DNA from: an uncultured Spirochaetota bacterium
GTDB taxonomy: Bacteria > Spirochaetota > Spirochaetia > SZUA-6 > Fen-1364
Length of the DNA stretch: 64,000 nt
Assembly: GCA_963820525.1 (NCBI GenBank)
Contig: CAWGAA010000003.1
Location: 256,001 to 320,000 of the forward strand
Reading direction: 5' to 3'
Every line of letters begins with the position of its first letter. Position 1 is the first letter of the stretch. The notes beneath the pieces were generated by a model, which saw nothing but the letters and a program-made list of their open reading frames with translations, was not told the DNA's origin and made no database searches. Shown here piece after piece: positions 54,169-64,000 of this stretch. Both the position numbers and the translations under genes were made by a program.

Positions 54169-56475
54169 TCAGCTCGAAAACAGGTACGTAACGCAGTCCC
54201 TCACGACGAGGCGGAAGCGGTTCCTTCCCTGGCGGAGCTTTCGGCGGAAGCTCCGGGGGCAGTCTTCGAGGCACCGGCCTCCGTTGGACACGTGTTTGGC
54301 GAAGCAGCCGAGGCTGATGAAAAGCGGCGGAGAGAACGAGGGGGAGACGCGCACGAGGGGCGGCCCCGAGCGGGGCGGGGCGGCCAGCGCGGCGTAGTCA
54401 TCCGCGGTGCCCTCGATCCAGAAGTACATGAACATGAGCTTTTTCACGTGGCGGGAAAGGAAGAGGGCGGCGGCGCGGTTGGCCACGTAGAGGGGGAAGT
54501 CGACGAAGAATGCGACGTTAACGAGTGCCTCCAGCTCCTGGGCAAAGGCGATATGGGAGACATTGGAGAGCCCGAGGGCGAAACGGGTTTGAGGGCTTCG
54601 GGCCAGGAAGCTCTTCAGGGCGTCGAGGAACCGCCGCTCATCGTCGACGAGCGGCGGGAGGGGGACGAAAATGAGCGAGTCCCGGGATGCCGGAACCACG
54701 CCTGCGGGCGGGCTGCCCCCCTGATCGAGAAGGGCGAAGGGGATGGGCTCGCAGCCCCGCCACGAAAGGTGCTCCCTTCGGGAAACGGCCGATACTTCAG
54801 AGAGATCGAGGGCCTCCCCCTCCCCGCCGGCAGCCGGCTCGCCGCGGGGATGTGACACCCAGAGGACCCGCTCGGCCATCGCCGCGTCGAACAGAGATTC
54901 GAGATGCCTGTAAAAATCGTTTTTCGCCTTTTTTAAGGCGGAGGGGGGAATGAAGATTCCATCCCGCGGCCTTCCGCTTCGATTCACCAGGGTGAGCCTT
55001 CCCAGGGCGAAGAGCGAATCCCCCGACTCCGAGAAGAGCCGCGCGAGGACGACGGTGAAATCCCTGGGCTCGGCCGCCGCGTCCAGGGTCACCTCGCGCG
55101 TGAAGGGGCCCGCAGCCAATGCCGCGTTCACGATGGCAGCCGGCCCTCCGACGAGCTCGATCGAAAGCGAGCAGCCGGAGCTCGAGGCTTTCACGCAGAC
55201 CTCGATGTCCACGGACATCTTGGCCAGGGGGAACGATGCTTCCCGGGGCTGCGGCAAGTCGAGGAAGCGCGAAGATAGCTGGCGGATCTCCCGCCCCTTG
55301 ACCGGCGGAAATCCCGCGGGCATTGGCGGCACGTCGATGCTCACCGTCTCCCCTTTTCGGGCGAACTTCACCTCCCTGCGGGCGCGGCGGATGCGCTGAA
55401 CGGAAAAGATGAAGGGCTCCCCAGGGCCGAAGATCGCCAGGCCGTCGCGAATCGACAGGTCGGATTGAAGAGTCACGCTCACCTCGCCGTTTCGCGCGGA
55501 TTCCACGGTGCCCAGGAGCGCGCCCCTGTGGCCCGGGTAGCGGACGTCGATGAGGAAGCTTCCGGAGGGCGCATGGAGGAACCCGCCCGTCTTTTCCCTC
55601 GAGAAGGTGAGCTCGGTTCTCCTCACGAGCTCTTCGTATTCGTCCTCTGCGAGCTCGTCTCCCCTGTCGATGAGCTCGCGGTAGAGCCGCGCCGTGTTGA
55701 AGACGTACTCGGGAGACTTCATCCTCCCCTCGATCTTGAAGGCATCCACCCCGGCCCTGGAGAGCTCGAGCACCTCCCTGCCGAGGAAAAGATCGCGGCA
55801 GGAGAAATAATGGCCCGAGCCGAGCGGGAGGCGGCTCCGCCGTCCCTCCGGCCCCGCCTCGCTGAAGAGGCTGCGGCAGATCTGGGCGCAGTCGCCCCGG
55901 TTGCCCGAGCGGCCCGTGAGCGCGCTGGAGGCAAGGCAGACCCCGGAGAAGCTGTAGCACATCGCCCCGTGGATGAAGGTTTCCAGCTCCATGTCGGGAT
56001 GAGCCTCGCGCAGGGCGCGGATGCGCGTCAGGGTGAGCTCGCGCGGGAGGATCACGCGGCGCACGCCCAGACGCTTGAGAAACCCAATTCCCGCCGGGTT
56101 GTGGACCGCCATCTGCGTGGAGGCATGGACCGGGAGGCGGGGGAAATCGCGCCTGAGGATCGACAGTACGCCGAGGTCCTGGACGATGATCCCGTCCACG
56201 GCGAGGGCTTCCAGGCGGAAGAGCATCTCGGTGAGCCTTTCGATCTCGCTTTCACGCACGATCGTGTTGACGGTGACGTAGATGCGCTTTCCCTGGTCCG
56301 CCGCGAGCCGCCGGATCCGCCGCAGCTGCTCGAAGGTGAAATTGGATGCCGCCTTTCGCGCGGAGAACTCGGTCATCCCGAGGTACACCCCGTCGGCTCC
56401 GGCCTGGAATGCGTGGTACGCGGAGAGGAAGCTCCCGCCGGGGGCGAGAAGCTCGGGCTTCTTCATCGGCTCCAA
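54169..56475 (-). CDS. U32 peptidase family protein (RlhA-like, DUF3656)
   Basis: PELLAPGG, HASTQ, FIHGAMCYSFSG.C, SGNRG.CAQ.CR, KIEGR. Confidence 0.9.
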   Translation of the reverse strand: MEPMKKPELLAPGGSFLSAYHAFQAGADGVYLGMTEFSARKAASNFTFEQLRRIRRLAADQGKRIYVTVNTIVRESEIERLTEMLFRLEALAVDGIIVQDLGVLSILRRDFPRLPVHASTQMAVHNPAGIGFLKRLGVRRVILPRELTLTRIRALREAHPDMELETFIHGAMCYSFSGVCLASSALTGRSGNRGDCAQICRSLFSEAGPEGRRSRLPLGSGHYFSCRDLFLGREVLELSRAGVDAFKIEGRMKSPEYVFNTARLYRELIDRGDELAEDEYEELVRRTELTFSREKTGGFLHAPSGSFLIDVRYPGHRGALLGTVESARNGEVSVTLQSDLSIRDGLAIFGPGEPFIFSVQRIRRARREVKFARKGETVSIDVPPMPAGFPPVKGREIRQLSSRFLDLPQPREASFPLAKMSVDIEVCVKASSSGCSLSIELVGGPAAIVNAALAAGPFTREVTLDAAAEPRDFTVVLARLFSESGDSLFALGRLTLVNRSGRPRDGIFIPPSALKKAKNDFYRHLESLFDAAMAERVLWVSHPRGEPAAGGEGEALDLSEVSAVSRREHLSWRGCEPIPFALLDQGGSPPAGVVPASRDSLIFVPLPPLVDDERRFLDALKSFLARSPQTRFALGLSNVSHIAFAQELEALVNVAFFVDFPLYVANRAAALFLSRHVKKLMFMYFWIEGTADDYAALAAPPRSGPPLVRVSPSFSPPLFISLGCFAKHVSNGGRCLEDCPRSFRRKLRQGRNRFRLVVRDCVTYLFSS

Positions 56476-56487
56476 TGTATTCGCTTT

Positions 56488-57696
56488 TTATACGCTCGAC
56501 AACGCGTGAGCCCCCCGGCTGTGGCCGGGTGCCTCTTTTCGCTCCAGCCGCGCTACGGACTCCACGTGAGAAGTCTGCGGGAAAAAGTCGAAAAGCCTGA
56601 GGTCCCGAAGGCGATAGGGGCCGGCCAAGAGAAGGGAGAGGTCGCGCGCCAGGGTCACGGGATTGCACGAGACGTACACGAGCTTCCTCGGGGCCGCGGC
56701 GCTCAGGTACTCGCGCACCGGACGCGAAAGCCCGGCGCGGGGAGGATCCACGATCACGGCTTCGATGGCGGCGCCGGAGGAAGCGGAGGAAATCCATTGT
56801 TCGACGGTGAGGGCGTAAACCTCATTCGCGACGCCCGGCACGTTTCTCCTGGCGTAGGCCGCGCTGCGGGGGTCGCTTTCCACGGCGATGATCCGCTGGA
56901 AGCGATCCGCAAGATGCGCGGCGAACACCCCCACCCCGCAGTAGAGGTCGGCCGCGATACGGGGCCCCGCCCCCTGGTCTGCCCGGTCGCCCCCGGCCAT
57001 TCCTTCGACGGCGAAGGGAAGGAGCTTCTCCAGGGCGGCCAGATTGCTCTGGAAGAAACATCCCACGGAAAAAAGAATCCGCTTCGAGTGCACCGTCACT
57101 TCCAGGTCCTCCTCATCGCCGTCACCCTGAAATGCCAGCCGCTCGCCTTCCCCGAAGACCGCGAATCGCGCGGGCCCCGCGGGCGGAGGATCGTGAAAGA
57201 GGCGGTTCACGGCGGGGACGGCGACGGGACAGCTTTCAACGGGGACCACGCGGTCGCTTCGAAAGCCCATGAACCCGAGGCGCCCTTCTTCATCCCTGTG
57301 GATCTGCGCCCTGTTCCTGTAGCCCAGGGGAGGGCTCGGCTCGATCTCGAGCTCTCCCGCCTCGATGCGGCCCACGCGCCGCAAAGCCTCGGCAACGATG
57401 GCCTTCTTCAGTGAGAGCTGCTCCTCATAGCGGATGTGAAGCCAGTCGCATCCGCCGCACACTCCCGCAAGTGGGCATGGAGGCTCCACTCTCGCTGGGG
57501 AAGGGGACATCACTTCGAGGAGGGCGGCCCGTGCATAATCCCCTCTCTCCTCCACGAGCCTGGCCCGCACCCGCTCTGCCGGAAGCACTCCGGGTACGAA
57601 CACGGCCTTTCCGTCCAGGAAAGCCAGCCCGTCTCCGCCCGCCACGAGCTTTTCTATGGTGAGGTCCACATCGGAGCGCAGTATCTTGCTCTTCAT
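56488..57696 (-). CDS. TRAM-domain RNA m5U methyltransferase (RlmD/TrmA family)
   Basis: CGGC.W.H, FFQSN, DLYCGVG, DPPRAG, YVSCNP.TLARD, DFFPQT.HVE. Confidence 0.92.
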   Translation of the reverse strand: MKSKILRSDVDLTIEKLVAGGDGLAFLDGKAVFVPGVLPAERVRARLVEERGDYARAALLEVMSPSPARVEPPCPLAGVCGGCDWLHIRYEEQLSLKKAIVAEALRRVGRIEAGELEIEPSPPLGYRNRAQIHRDEEGRLGFMGFRSDRVVPVESCPVAVPAVNRLFHDPPPAGPARFAVFGEGERLAFQGDGDEEDLEVTVHSKRILFSVGCFFQSNLAALEKLLPFAVEGMAGGDRADQGAGPRIAADLYCGVGVFAAHLADRFQRIIAVESDPRSAAYARRNVPGVANEVYALTVEQWISSASSGAAIEAVIVDPPRAGLSRPVREYLSAAAPRKLVYVSCNPVTLARDLSLLLAGPYRLRDLRLFDFFPQTSHVESVARLERKEAPGHSRGAHALSSV

Positions 57697-57749
57697 CGCC
57701 TTTCCCGTGGAATGTAGCATTTTCGCCGGGGGAGAGCCATCAGTAATGC

Positions 57750-57794
57750 CTACAGAAATGTAGTGATTATATCGCTGTTCCTACATTTCCGTAG
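57750..57794. promoter_or_regulatory. Tandem palindromes, candidate enhancer (UAS) for glnA
   Basis: CTACAGAAATGTAG 57750-57763 and CTACATTTCCGTAG 57781-57794. Confidence 0.6.
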
Positions 57795-57852
57795 GGAATA
57801 TGATATTTCGAGCATCACCCGGGTACAAGTAAGTTATTGCTATATAAATAAT

Positions 57853-57865
57853 TAAAAGCTTGATT
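57853..57865. promoter_or_regulatory. IHF binding site
   Basis: TAAAAGCTTGATT matches YAA-N4-TTGATW, in an AT-rich tract. Confidence 0.65.
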
Positions 57866-57870
57866 GATAA

Positions 57871-57887
57871 TTGGCACGCCCTTTGCT
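57871..57887 (+). promoter_or_regulatory. sigma54 (-24/-12) promoter of glnA
   Basis: TTGGCACGCCCTTTGCT = TGGCAC-N5-TTGC. Confidence 0.85.
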
Positions 57888-57943
57888 TTAATGTCACAAA
57901 GATTTGTGCTGGTTATAAACAGATTTGAGCTTAGGAGGACATA

Positions 57944-59368
57944 ATGAACATCGGAAAAACACCAAAGGAGATCGTTTCCTTCATCGAGAAGGAGAAGGTC
58001 GAGGTGGTGGACCTGCGCTTCATGGATTTCCCCGGCCTTTGGCAGCACTTCTCCGTTCCCGCCAGGGAGCTGAGCGAGGAGGCATTCGAGAGAGGCCTTG
58101 GATTCGATGGATCGAGCATCCGCGGCTGGCAGGCCATCAATGAGAGCGACATGCTGGTCAAGCCCGTGGCCGACACGGCATTCATCGACCCCTTTCTGGC
58201 GGCCAAGACCCTTGTCGTGATCTGCAACATCTGCGACCCGATAACCGGAGAGGACTACACTCGAGACCCCCGCAACATCGCGCGCAAGGCGGAAAACTAC
58301 CTCAAAGGCACGGGCCTCGCAGAAGTCGCCTACTTTGGACCCGAGCTGGAGTTCTTCATCTTCGACGACATCCGCTTCGCACAGAACGAGCACGAGGGTT
58401 ACTACCACATCGATTCGTCGGAAGGAAGCTGGAACACGGGAAGGGTTGAGAACCCGAATCTCGGCTACAAGATCCGCTACAAGGAAGGCTATTTCCCCGT
58501 TCCGCCAATGGATACGCTCCAGGACATCAGGAGCGAGATGATGCTCACCCTCGAGTCCATCGGCATCCCCATCGAGGCCCAACACCACGAGGTTGCCACC
58601 GGCGGGCAGTCTGAAATAGACATGCGGTTCGCCCCCCTGGTGAAGATGGCGGACAACGTTCTGAAGTACAAGTACGTGACCAAGAACACGGCAAAGAAGC
58701 ACAACAAGATCGTCACGTTCATGCCCAAGCCCCTCTTCGGAGACAACGGAAGCGGCATGCACGTGCACTTCTCCCTCTGGAAAGGCGAAAAGAACCTCTT
58801 CGCAGGAGACGGCTACGCGGGGCTTTCCCAGACCGCGCTCTACGCCATCGGCGGCATTCTGAAGCACGCTCCCGCGATCCTGGCGTTCGCCACTCCCACC
58901 ACCAACAGCTTCAAGAGGCTGGTGCCCGGCTTCGAAGCCCCCGTCAATCTTGCCTACTCCCGCAGGAACAGGAGCGCGGCGGTCCGCATCCCCATGTACT
59001 CCACCTCGCCCAAGACCAAGAGGGCCGAGTTCCGCTGTCCCGACCCCAGCTGCAATCCTTACCTCACCTTCTCCGCCATGCTCATGGCAGGCTTGGACGG
59101 AATAATAAACAAGATCGACCCGGGCCAGCCCATGGACAAGGACATCTACGACCTTCCGCCCGAGGAGCTGGCCGCTGTGCCCAAGACCCCGGGCTCGCTG
59201 CGCGATGTGCTGAAGGCCCTGGAGAACGATCACGACTTCCTGCTCAAGGGAGACGTGTTCACTCCCGACGTGATCGAGACCTGGATCTCCTACAAGATGA
59301 AGAACGAGGTCCTCGCGCTGGATCTGCGGCCGCATCCCTGGGAGTTCCACCTGTATTTCGACATTTGA
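57944..59368 (+). CDS. glnA: Type I glutamine synthetase (adenylylatable)
   Basis: [51 protein letters not shown] adenylylation loop. Confidence 0.97.
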   Translation: MNIGKTPKEIVSFIEKEKVEVVDLRFMDFPGLWQHFSVPARELSEEAFERGLGFDGSSIRGWQAINESDMLVKPVADTAFIDPFLAAKTLVVICNICDPITGEDYTRDPRNIARKAENYLKGTGLAEVAYFGPELEFFIFDDIRFAQNEHEGYYHIDSSEGSWNTGRVENPNLGYKIRYKEGYFPVPPMDTLQDIRSEMMLTLESIGIPIEAQHHEVATGGQSEIDMRFAPLVKMADNVLKYKYVTKNTAKKHNKIVTFMPKPLFGDNGSGMHVHFSLWKGEKNLFAGDGYAGLSQTALYAIGGILKHAPAILAFATPTTNSFKRLVPGFEAPVNLAYSRRNRSAAVRIPMYSTSPKTKRAEFRCPDPSCNPYLTFSAMLMAGLDGIINKIDPGQPMDKDIYDLPPEELAAVPKTPGSLRDVLKALENDHDFLLKGDVFTPDVIETWISYKMKNEVLALDLRPHPWEFHLYFDI

Positions 59369-59397
59369 AAGGTCATGGGGCAGGCCCACTCCACTAT

Positions 59398-59428
59398 AAA
59401 AAGCCCCCGCAAGCGGGGGCTTTTTTTT
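59398..59428. terminator. Bidirectional Rho-independent terminator
   Basis: AAAAAGCCCCCGC-AA-GCGGGGGCTTTTTTTT between convergent genes. Confidence 0.9.
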
Positions 59429-59434
59429 CGGGTC

Positions 59435-60381
59435 TCAGGAGCTCTCTGCCCCGCCCGCTTCAGAAAGACCCAGCTTCCCGAAAACCCAGGGTGCGCCCGC
59501 GGAAACCCAGAAGCCGATCAAAGCGTATTGGACGGAGCGAAGGAGGGAGCCGGAATATCCTTCGGTGGACAGCAGAAGGAGATTGATCCCGAGGGTGAAA
59601 ACCAGCGCGCCCGCAGATCCGATGAGGAAGCGTGCCGCGCGTTTCCAGATCGGCCCCGCAGCGCTGAACCCGCCATGCCTGCCCAGCACGGCCGCGCCGA
59701 GCGCGAAGCCGAAGAACGCCCCGGCGCTCGCCAGGACCAGGTTCAGAGCGAGAAGCCGCGGAGGCGCGCCGATCTTCAATAATATTCCCGGTGAGAGCTC
59801 TCTCGCGATCCGAAAGCCGCTCAACACGGAGGTGAAAAACCCTCTGAGCAGGATCAGCAGGAATGAGACTCCAAGAGAGAGGAGGATCGAAGCCCCCAGG
59901 CCCAGACGCCCGAGCCACGCCTCCACGGGGCCCCTGAAGCGCAGGTAAGCCCAAAGAGTGACGCCTCCGATGAACCAGCCGACCATCACGTCGAGGGGGG
60001 AATGCGCCCGCTGGTACACGCGCGATATTCCGATCAAGACGGCAAGCATCCCTGCGGCCGCCCAGGCCCAGGCCCTCTTCACCCGCTCGGCGCCGATACC
60101 CCAGGCCCCGACGGCGATTTGGGCGTGCCCCGAAGGAATCCCGTAGGGGGTCTCACCGGCCAACAAACCAACGCGCGGACAGAGCCAGTACGGCCATGCC
60201 TCGTGGAAGGCGATTTTGAAGATTTCGCTCAGGCTCCCGCTCCCAGGAGGAATATCGCCAGCCTCACTGCGAGCCGGGAATCCACGCACCAGTAGAGAAT
60301 GGGAAGCGCCATGACGAAGAACAGCTCCGAGCCGAAAAAAGAAAAGAGCCGTGTCGATATGGCAAGCAGATGGGCCGCCAT
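59435..60381 (-). CDS. PAP2 family membrane phosphatase (frameshift at 60242-60244; possibly degenerate)
   Basis: LP.LYWC N-terminus, PSGHAQ, SRVY..AH..LDV in next frame; first motif reads KIAFHEAWP instead of K-x6-RP. Confidence 0.8.
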
Positions 60382-60421
60382 TCGGCTCACCTCCCCTGTC
60401 TGCCTTCGCGGCGGGGCGGGC

Positions 60422-60886
60422 TTACGCGCCCCCCTCGAAAATCCAGCGGTCAAGATTGCGGCCCCATTCCACCAGATCGGCCTGCGCGAACCACAGGGCC
60501 ACCTCCTCCTTGCCGTTATCAACGCTGTCGGATGCGTGGGTCAGGTTGCGACCCACCTCCAGCGCGAAGTCATGGCGAATGGAGCCGGGCGCCGCCTCGG
60601 CGGGCCGCGTAGCGCCCATGGTCTGACGCACGGCGGCCACGGCATTGGGCCCTTCCCAGACCATGGCCATCACCGGGGCCGAAGTGATGTAGGTGATAAG
60701 GCCGTCGTAGAACGGTTTGCCCTTATGAACGGCATAATGAGTCTCGGCCAGGCGGCGATCGACCCGCATGAACCTCGCCGCGACCAGGCGCAGGCCGCGG
60801 CGCTCCAGGCGCGAAACGACCTCGCCGATAAGCCCGCGCTGCACCCCGTCCGGTTTGACCAGCACCAGAGTCCGCTCCATTGTCAT
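60422..60886 (-). CDS. ndk: Nucleoside diphosphate kinase
   Basis: ERTLVLVKPDGVQRGLIG, PGSIR.DF, NLTHASDS. Confidence 0.97.
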   Translation of the reverse strand: MTMERTLVLVKPDGVQRGLIGEVVSRLERRGLRLVAARFMRVDRRLAETHYAVHKGKPFYDGLITYITSAPVMAMVWEGPNAVAAVRQTMGATRPAEAAPGSIRHDFALEVGRNLTHASDSVDNGKEEVALWFAQADLVEWGRNLDRWIFEGGA

Positions 60887-60915
60887 CTCCTCCTCGCCCT
60901 TTCGTCGGCTCCCTG

Positions 60916-61497
60916 TCAGAAGTGCGACGCGAGGATAAGCTCCTCCATGGTCCGCTTCGGAACGTGGTGGGTACGATCCGCGTCCCTGTAATACTTGATC
61001 GATCCTCCGGAAGGCAGGTCCTCGAGCACAACCTTCTCCACGGGCTTGCCCAGGGCGATCACGAGGGCGACCTTCAGACCCTCCGGCAGGGAGAGGCGCC
61101 GGGCAAGCTCCTCCCTCTGTATCGAGGCGAACATGCATCCGCCCAGCCCTTTTTCCACGGCGCCGAGAAGGATGGTCTGTGCCACGATGCCCACATCGAT
61201 ATCCGCCTCTTTGTGGATTCTTGTATCGAGCAGGATAACGATGTAGCCGGTCGGCCTTTCGGGCGCGTCGGGACCCGGCCAGTCGGGGAGATACCCGGCC
61301 CACGCGAGAGTCTCGAAGATCTTCGCGTTCCACTCCGGCGAGCCGGAGAGCACGTACTTCAACGGCTGCCTGTTCGCCGCCGAGGGGGTGACGCGGGCCA
61401 GAGCCAGAAGCTCGCGCAGGACTTTTTCATCCAGAGCGAACCTCCCGTCGAATCTCCTGTAGCTCCTGTTCCTCTCCACTATTTCTTTCAGGCTCAT
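60916..61497 (-). CDS. Nitroreductase family protein
   Basis: RSYRRF, PSAANRQP, GLGGC, IALGKP, HHVPKR. Confidence 0.9.
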   Translation of the reverse strand: MSLKEIVERNRSYRRFDGRFALDEKVLRELLALARVTPSAANRQPLKYVLSGSPEWNAKIFETLAWAGYLPDWPGPDAPERPTGYIVILLDTRIHKEADIDVGIVAQTILLGAVEKGLGGCMFASIQREELARRLSLPEGLKVALVIALGKPVEKVVLEDLPSGGSIKYYRDADRTHHVPKRTMEELILASHF

Positions 61498-61583
61498 GTA
61501 TGCCTCCGGGAATGCTATCGCATTTTCCCGTTCTCTGATCAAGCCGGCGCCGGCACGGCAATCCCCGGCGTTCTTTTTGCCCC

Positions 61584-61612
61584 TTGGCATTGGGCCGGCA
61601 ACTCCCTATGGT
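61584..61612 (+). promoter_or_regulatory. Promoter of the glnE-like gene, leaderless spacing
   Basis: TTGGCA-17nt-TATGGT-6nt-ATG(61619), no SD. Confidence 0.6.
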
Positions 61613-61618
61613 TAAGCC

Positions 61619-64000
61619 ATGAGCGTCACGGCCGAGCGCCTGCAGGCCCTGCTCCCCGACCTGGCCCCCTCCTTCATAGAGAATCACGTCAGACGGCTTG
61701 ATGAAAGGTACTTCCAGAGGTTCGGCGAGGGGGATATCGCGGATCACGTGAGGCGTCTCTCCCAGCTTTCCCCGCGAGATCCCGTCCGCACGGTTGTCCG
61801 GGAAATCGAGAACGGGAGACTGGAATGCACCGTTCTCGCCTTCGACTACCCTTCCGTGTTCTCCCTTATCACGGGGGTCCTCTCCTCACTGGGCTTCGAC
61901 ACGCTTGCGGGAGACGTGTTCACCTACGCGCCATGGGACGGCCTGGCGCGGCAGACACGGGAGAACCACAGGTCCAGGCGCAGGGCGGGCGCACCCGACC
62001 GCGACAGGCGGCCGCCACGTGATGGGGATACCGGAAAAAGGCGGCTCATCATCGACTGCTTCACGGGGACCACGACGGGCGGGGTCTGGGGAGAAGAATG
62101 GGAGGAGGAGCTTTCCTCGCGGCTCCAGCAGGTCATCATCCTTCTGGAGCGCGGGGGAAACGATTCGCTCTCGCGGGCAAAGCAGAGCGTTTACGAAATG
62201 GCTGCGCGCGCAGTCACGCGAGCGGCGCCTTCCGAATCCGCGGTGCTCTACCCCGTTGCCATAGAGGTTGACGCCTCTCCCCCCGGCTGCACGCGCATGC
62301 GGGTCGTGTCCCAGGATACCCCTTTTTTCCTCTTCACCTTCAGCACGGCCCTCTCCCTCCAAGGTGTCTCGATCGAGCACGTGAGAATCAGAACCGAAGG
62401 CGGCAGGATAGAGGACGAGTTCGAGTTCGTGGACGCCTCGGGAAGGAAGATCGAGGAGCCGGGAAGGATAGACCGAATCAAGCTCTCCGTCCTGGTAACC
62501 AAGCAGTTCACTACGTTCCTGGGAGGGTCCCCGGACCCCCTCTCCGCCCTTCTGCGCTTCGAGAACCTGATGCGCGACATCGTGCCCATGTCCGAGCAGG
62601 GCAGGTGGTCCGAGCTTCTCTCCAACCAGCACGTCTTGAGCGATCTCGCCCAGCTCCTGGGCGCCAGCACCTACCTCTGGGAGGATTTCATACGCCTTCA
62701 GTACGAGACGCTCCTTCCCATGCTGCGGCCGCACGTGGGAGGCAAGAGCTTCTGCGAGCCCATCGAGCTTCTCCCCGAGCGGCTCGAGCTCGCCCTGGCG
62801 GGGGCCACGGAAGAGGAGGAATTCGCCCGAAGGCTCAACGAGTTCAAGGACCGCGAGATCTACCTCTATGACCTCGACCATATCCTCACCCCTGGTTCCG
62901 ACTTTCTCACCTTGAGCAAGCGGCTCACGGCCCTGGCGGAGGTAGTGGTGGATTGTGCCGCCTCCTTCGCGTACGAGGCGCTTTTGCAGCGGTTCGGAGA
63001 GCCGCGAACCGTGGCCGGCATCCCGGTCCGCTACGCGATCGTGGGCCTGGGGAAGATGGGAGGGGCGGCCCTGGGCTATGCCTCCGACATAGAGCTTCTC
63101 TTCGTGTACAGCGACAGCGGAACCACGGGCGCTCCCGACTCTGCGGCCCCCGCTGCCGGCATAGAGAACGCCGAGTTCTTCGGGCGATTGGCCCGGGAGA
63201 CCCAGCGCCTCGTCCACGCAAAACGTGAGGGAATCTTCCACATCGATTTACGCTTGCGCCCCTACGGGGACGCGGGCCCCCTGGCCTGCAGCCTGGAGAG
63301 CTTCTGCACGTACTACCCCCGGGGCGGCCCCGCGCATTCCTACGAGCGGCTCTCCCTCGTGCGCCTTCGCAGCGTGGGAGGGGACCGCCAGCTGGCGGCC
63401 CGCATCGAGCGGCTTCGCGACGAGATGGTGTACGCTGCCCAAAGCATAGAGCTTGAGGAGCTGTGGGAGCTCAGGGAGAGACAGGTCCGGGAAAAGACCA
63501 AGGGGGGCGCGCTGAACGCAAAGTTCAGCCCCGGCGCCCTCGTGGACCTTGAATACGCGGTCCAGATCCTCCAGGTGCTCCACGGGGCGCAGGAGAAGAG
63601 GCTTCGAACCCCGCGGATCCACGAAGCCCTCGACGCCCTGGCGCTCATCGGCGTGCTGGAGCGGCCCGAGGCGAAGGAGCTCGCCGACGCGTACCACTTC
63701 TTCCGCAGGCTCATCAACGGGCTTCGAATGCTGCGCGGCTCGGCGCAGGACCTGTTCCTCCCTTCCCTCGATTCCGACGAATACATGCACCTCGCCCGAA
63801 GGTCCGGCTACAAGCCGGAGCGCGAGATGAGCCCGGCGCGAAAGCTTCACCTCGACTTCGAGACCCACACGGCCGAGGTGAGGGCGTTCATGGAGCGGCA
63901 CTTCGGCCGCGGAAGCCTGCCGGGCATTCCGGCCGCGAACGTGGCGGACCTCATCCTCTCCGACACGGTGCCCGAGGGGGCACGGCGAGATATCCTCTCC
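61619..64000 (+). CDS. glnE: Glutamine synthetase adenylyltransferase (GlnE-like) with two N-terminal GlnD-type ACT domains; 3' end outside window
   Basis: Hand-translated open frame from ATG 61619 to window end: AFDYPSVFSLITGVL and SQDTPFFLF...IEDEF ACT-like units; GLGKMGG..LGYASDIELLF, DLRLRPYG, K.SPG.LVDLEY. Confidence 0.88.
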   Translation, partial: MSVTAERLQALLPDLAPSFIENHVRRLDERYFQRFGEGDIADHVRRLSQLSPRDPVRTVVREIENGRLECTVLAFDYPSVFSLITGVLSSLGFDTLAGDVFTYAPWDGLARQTRENHRSRRRAGAPDRDRRPPRDGDTGKRRLIIDCFTGTTTGGVWGEEWEEELSSRLQQVIILLERGGNDSLSRAKQSVYEMAARAVTRAAPSESAVLYPVAIEVDASPPGCTRMRVVSQDTPFFLFTFSTALSLQGVSIEHVRIRTEGGRIEDEFEFVDASGRKIEEPGRIDRIKLSVLVTKQFTTFLGGSPDPLSALLRFENLMRDIVPMSEQGRWSELLSNQHVLSDLAQLLGASTYLWEDFIRLQYETLLPMLRPHVGGKSFCEPIELLPERLELALAGATEEEEFARRLNEFKDREIYLYDLDHILTPGSDFLTLSKRLTALAEVVVDCAASFAYEALLQRFGEPRTVAGIPVRYAIVGLGKMGGAALGYASDIELLFVYSDSGTTGAPDSAAPAAGIENAEFFGRLARETQRLVHAKREGIFHIDLRLRPYGDAGPLACSLESFCTYYPRGGPAHSYERLSLVRLRSVGGDRQLAARIERLRDEMVYAAQSIELEELWELRERQVREKTKGGALNAKFSPGALVDLEYAVQILQVLHGAQEKRLRTPRIHEALDALALIGVLERPEAKELADAYHFFRRLINGLRMLRGSAQDLFLPSLDSDEYMHLARRSGYKPEREMSPARKLHLDFETHTAEVRAFMERHFGRGSLPGIPAANVADLILSDTVPEGARRDILS

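Overview
A high-GC bacterial chromosome segment, most likely from a Spirochaetia member; this is inferred from the DUF5312-like, SH3-lipoprotein and FemX/MurE gene set, not searched. Most of it is housekeeping: leuB, lysA, cheR/cheB, metG, hflK/hflC, queD, murE, ddl, rel, prmC, prfA, icd, rlmD-like, glnA, ndk. One visibly more AT-rich accessory islet (~18.6-23.6 kb) holds an RHH/VapC toxin-antitoxin pair, an AbiEii-like nucleotidyltransferase with an unknown downstream partner bracketed by a 13-bp direct repeat, a WYL regulator followed by only the first ~50 codons of a type I-E-like cas3, and a 7TM-PAS-LuxR regulator next to an apparently orphaned operator/promoter. Other points: deletion scars (GH53 pseudogene, 42-codon cheA remnant), several promoters spaced for leaderless mRNAs, a sigma54+IHF+tandem-palindrome glnA promoter, and a GlnE adenylyltransferase with two GlnD-type ACT domains at its N-terminus that the ORF track misses because it runs off the window. 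Six single-base frameshifts all sit in short homopolymer runs and are probably long-read errors. I saw no rRNA, tRNA, CRISPR array or transposase. All family assignments come from motif recognition only; no database searches were run.
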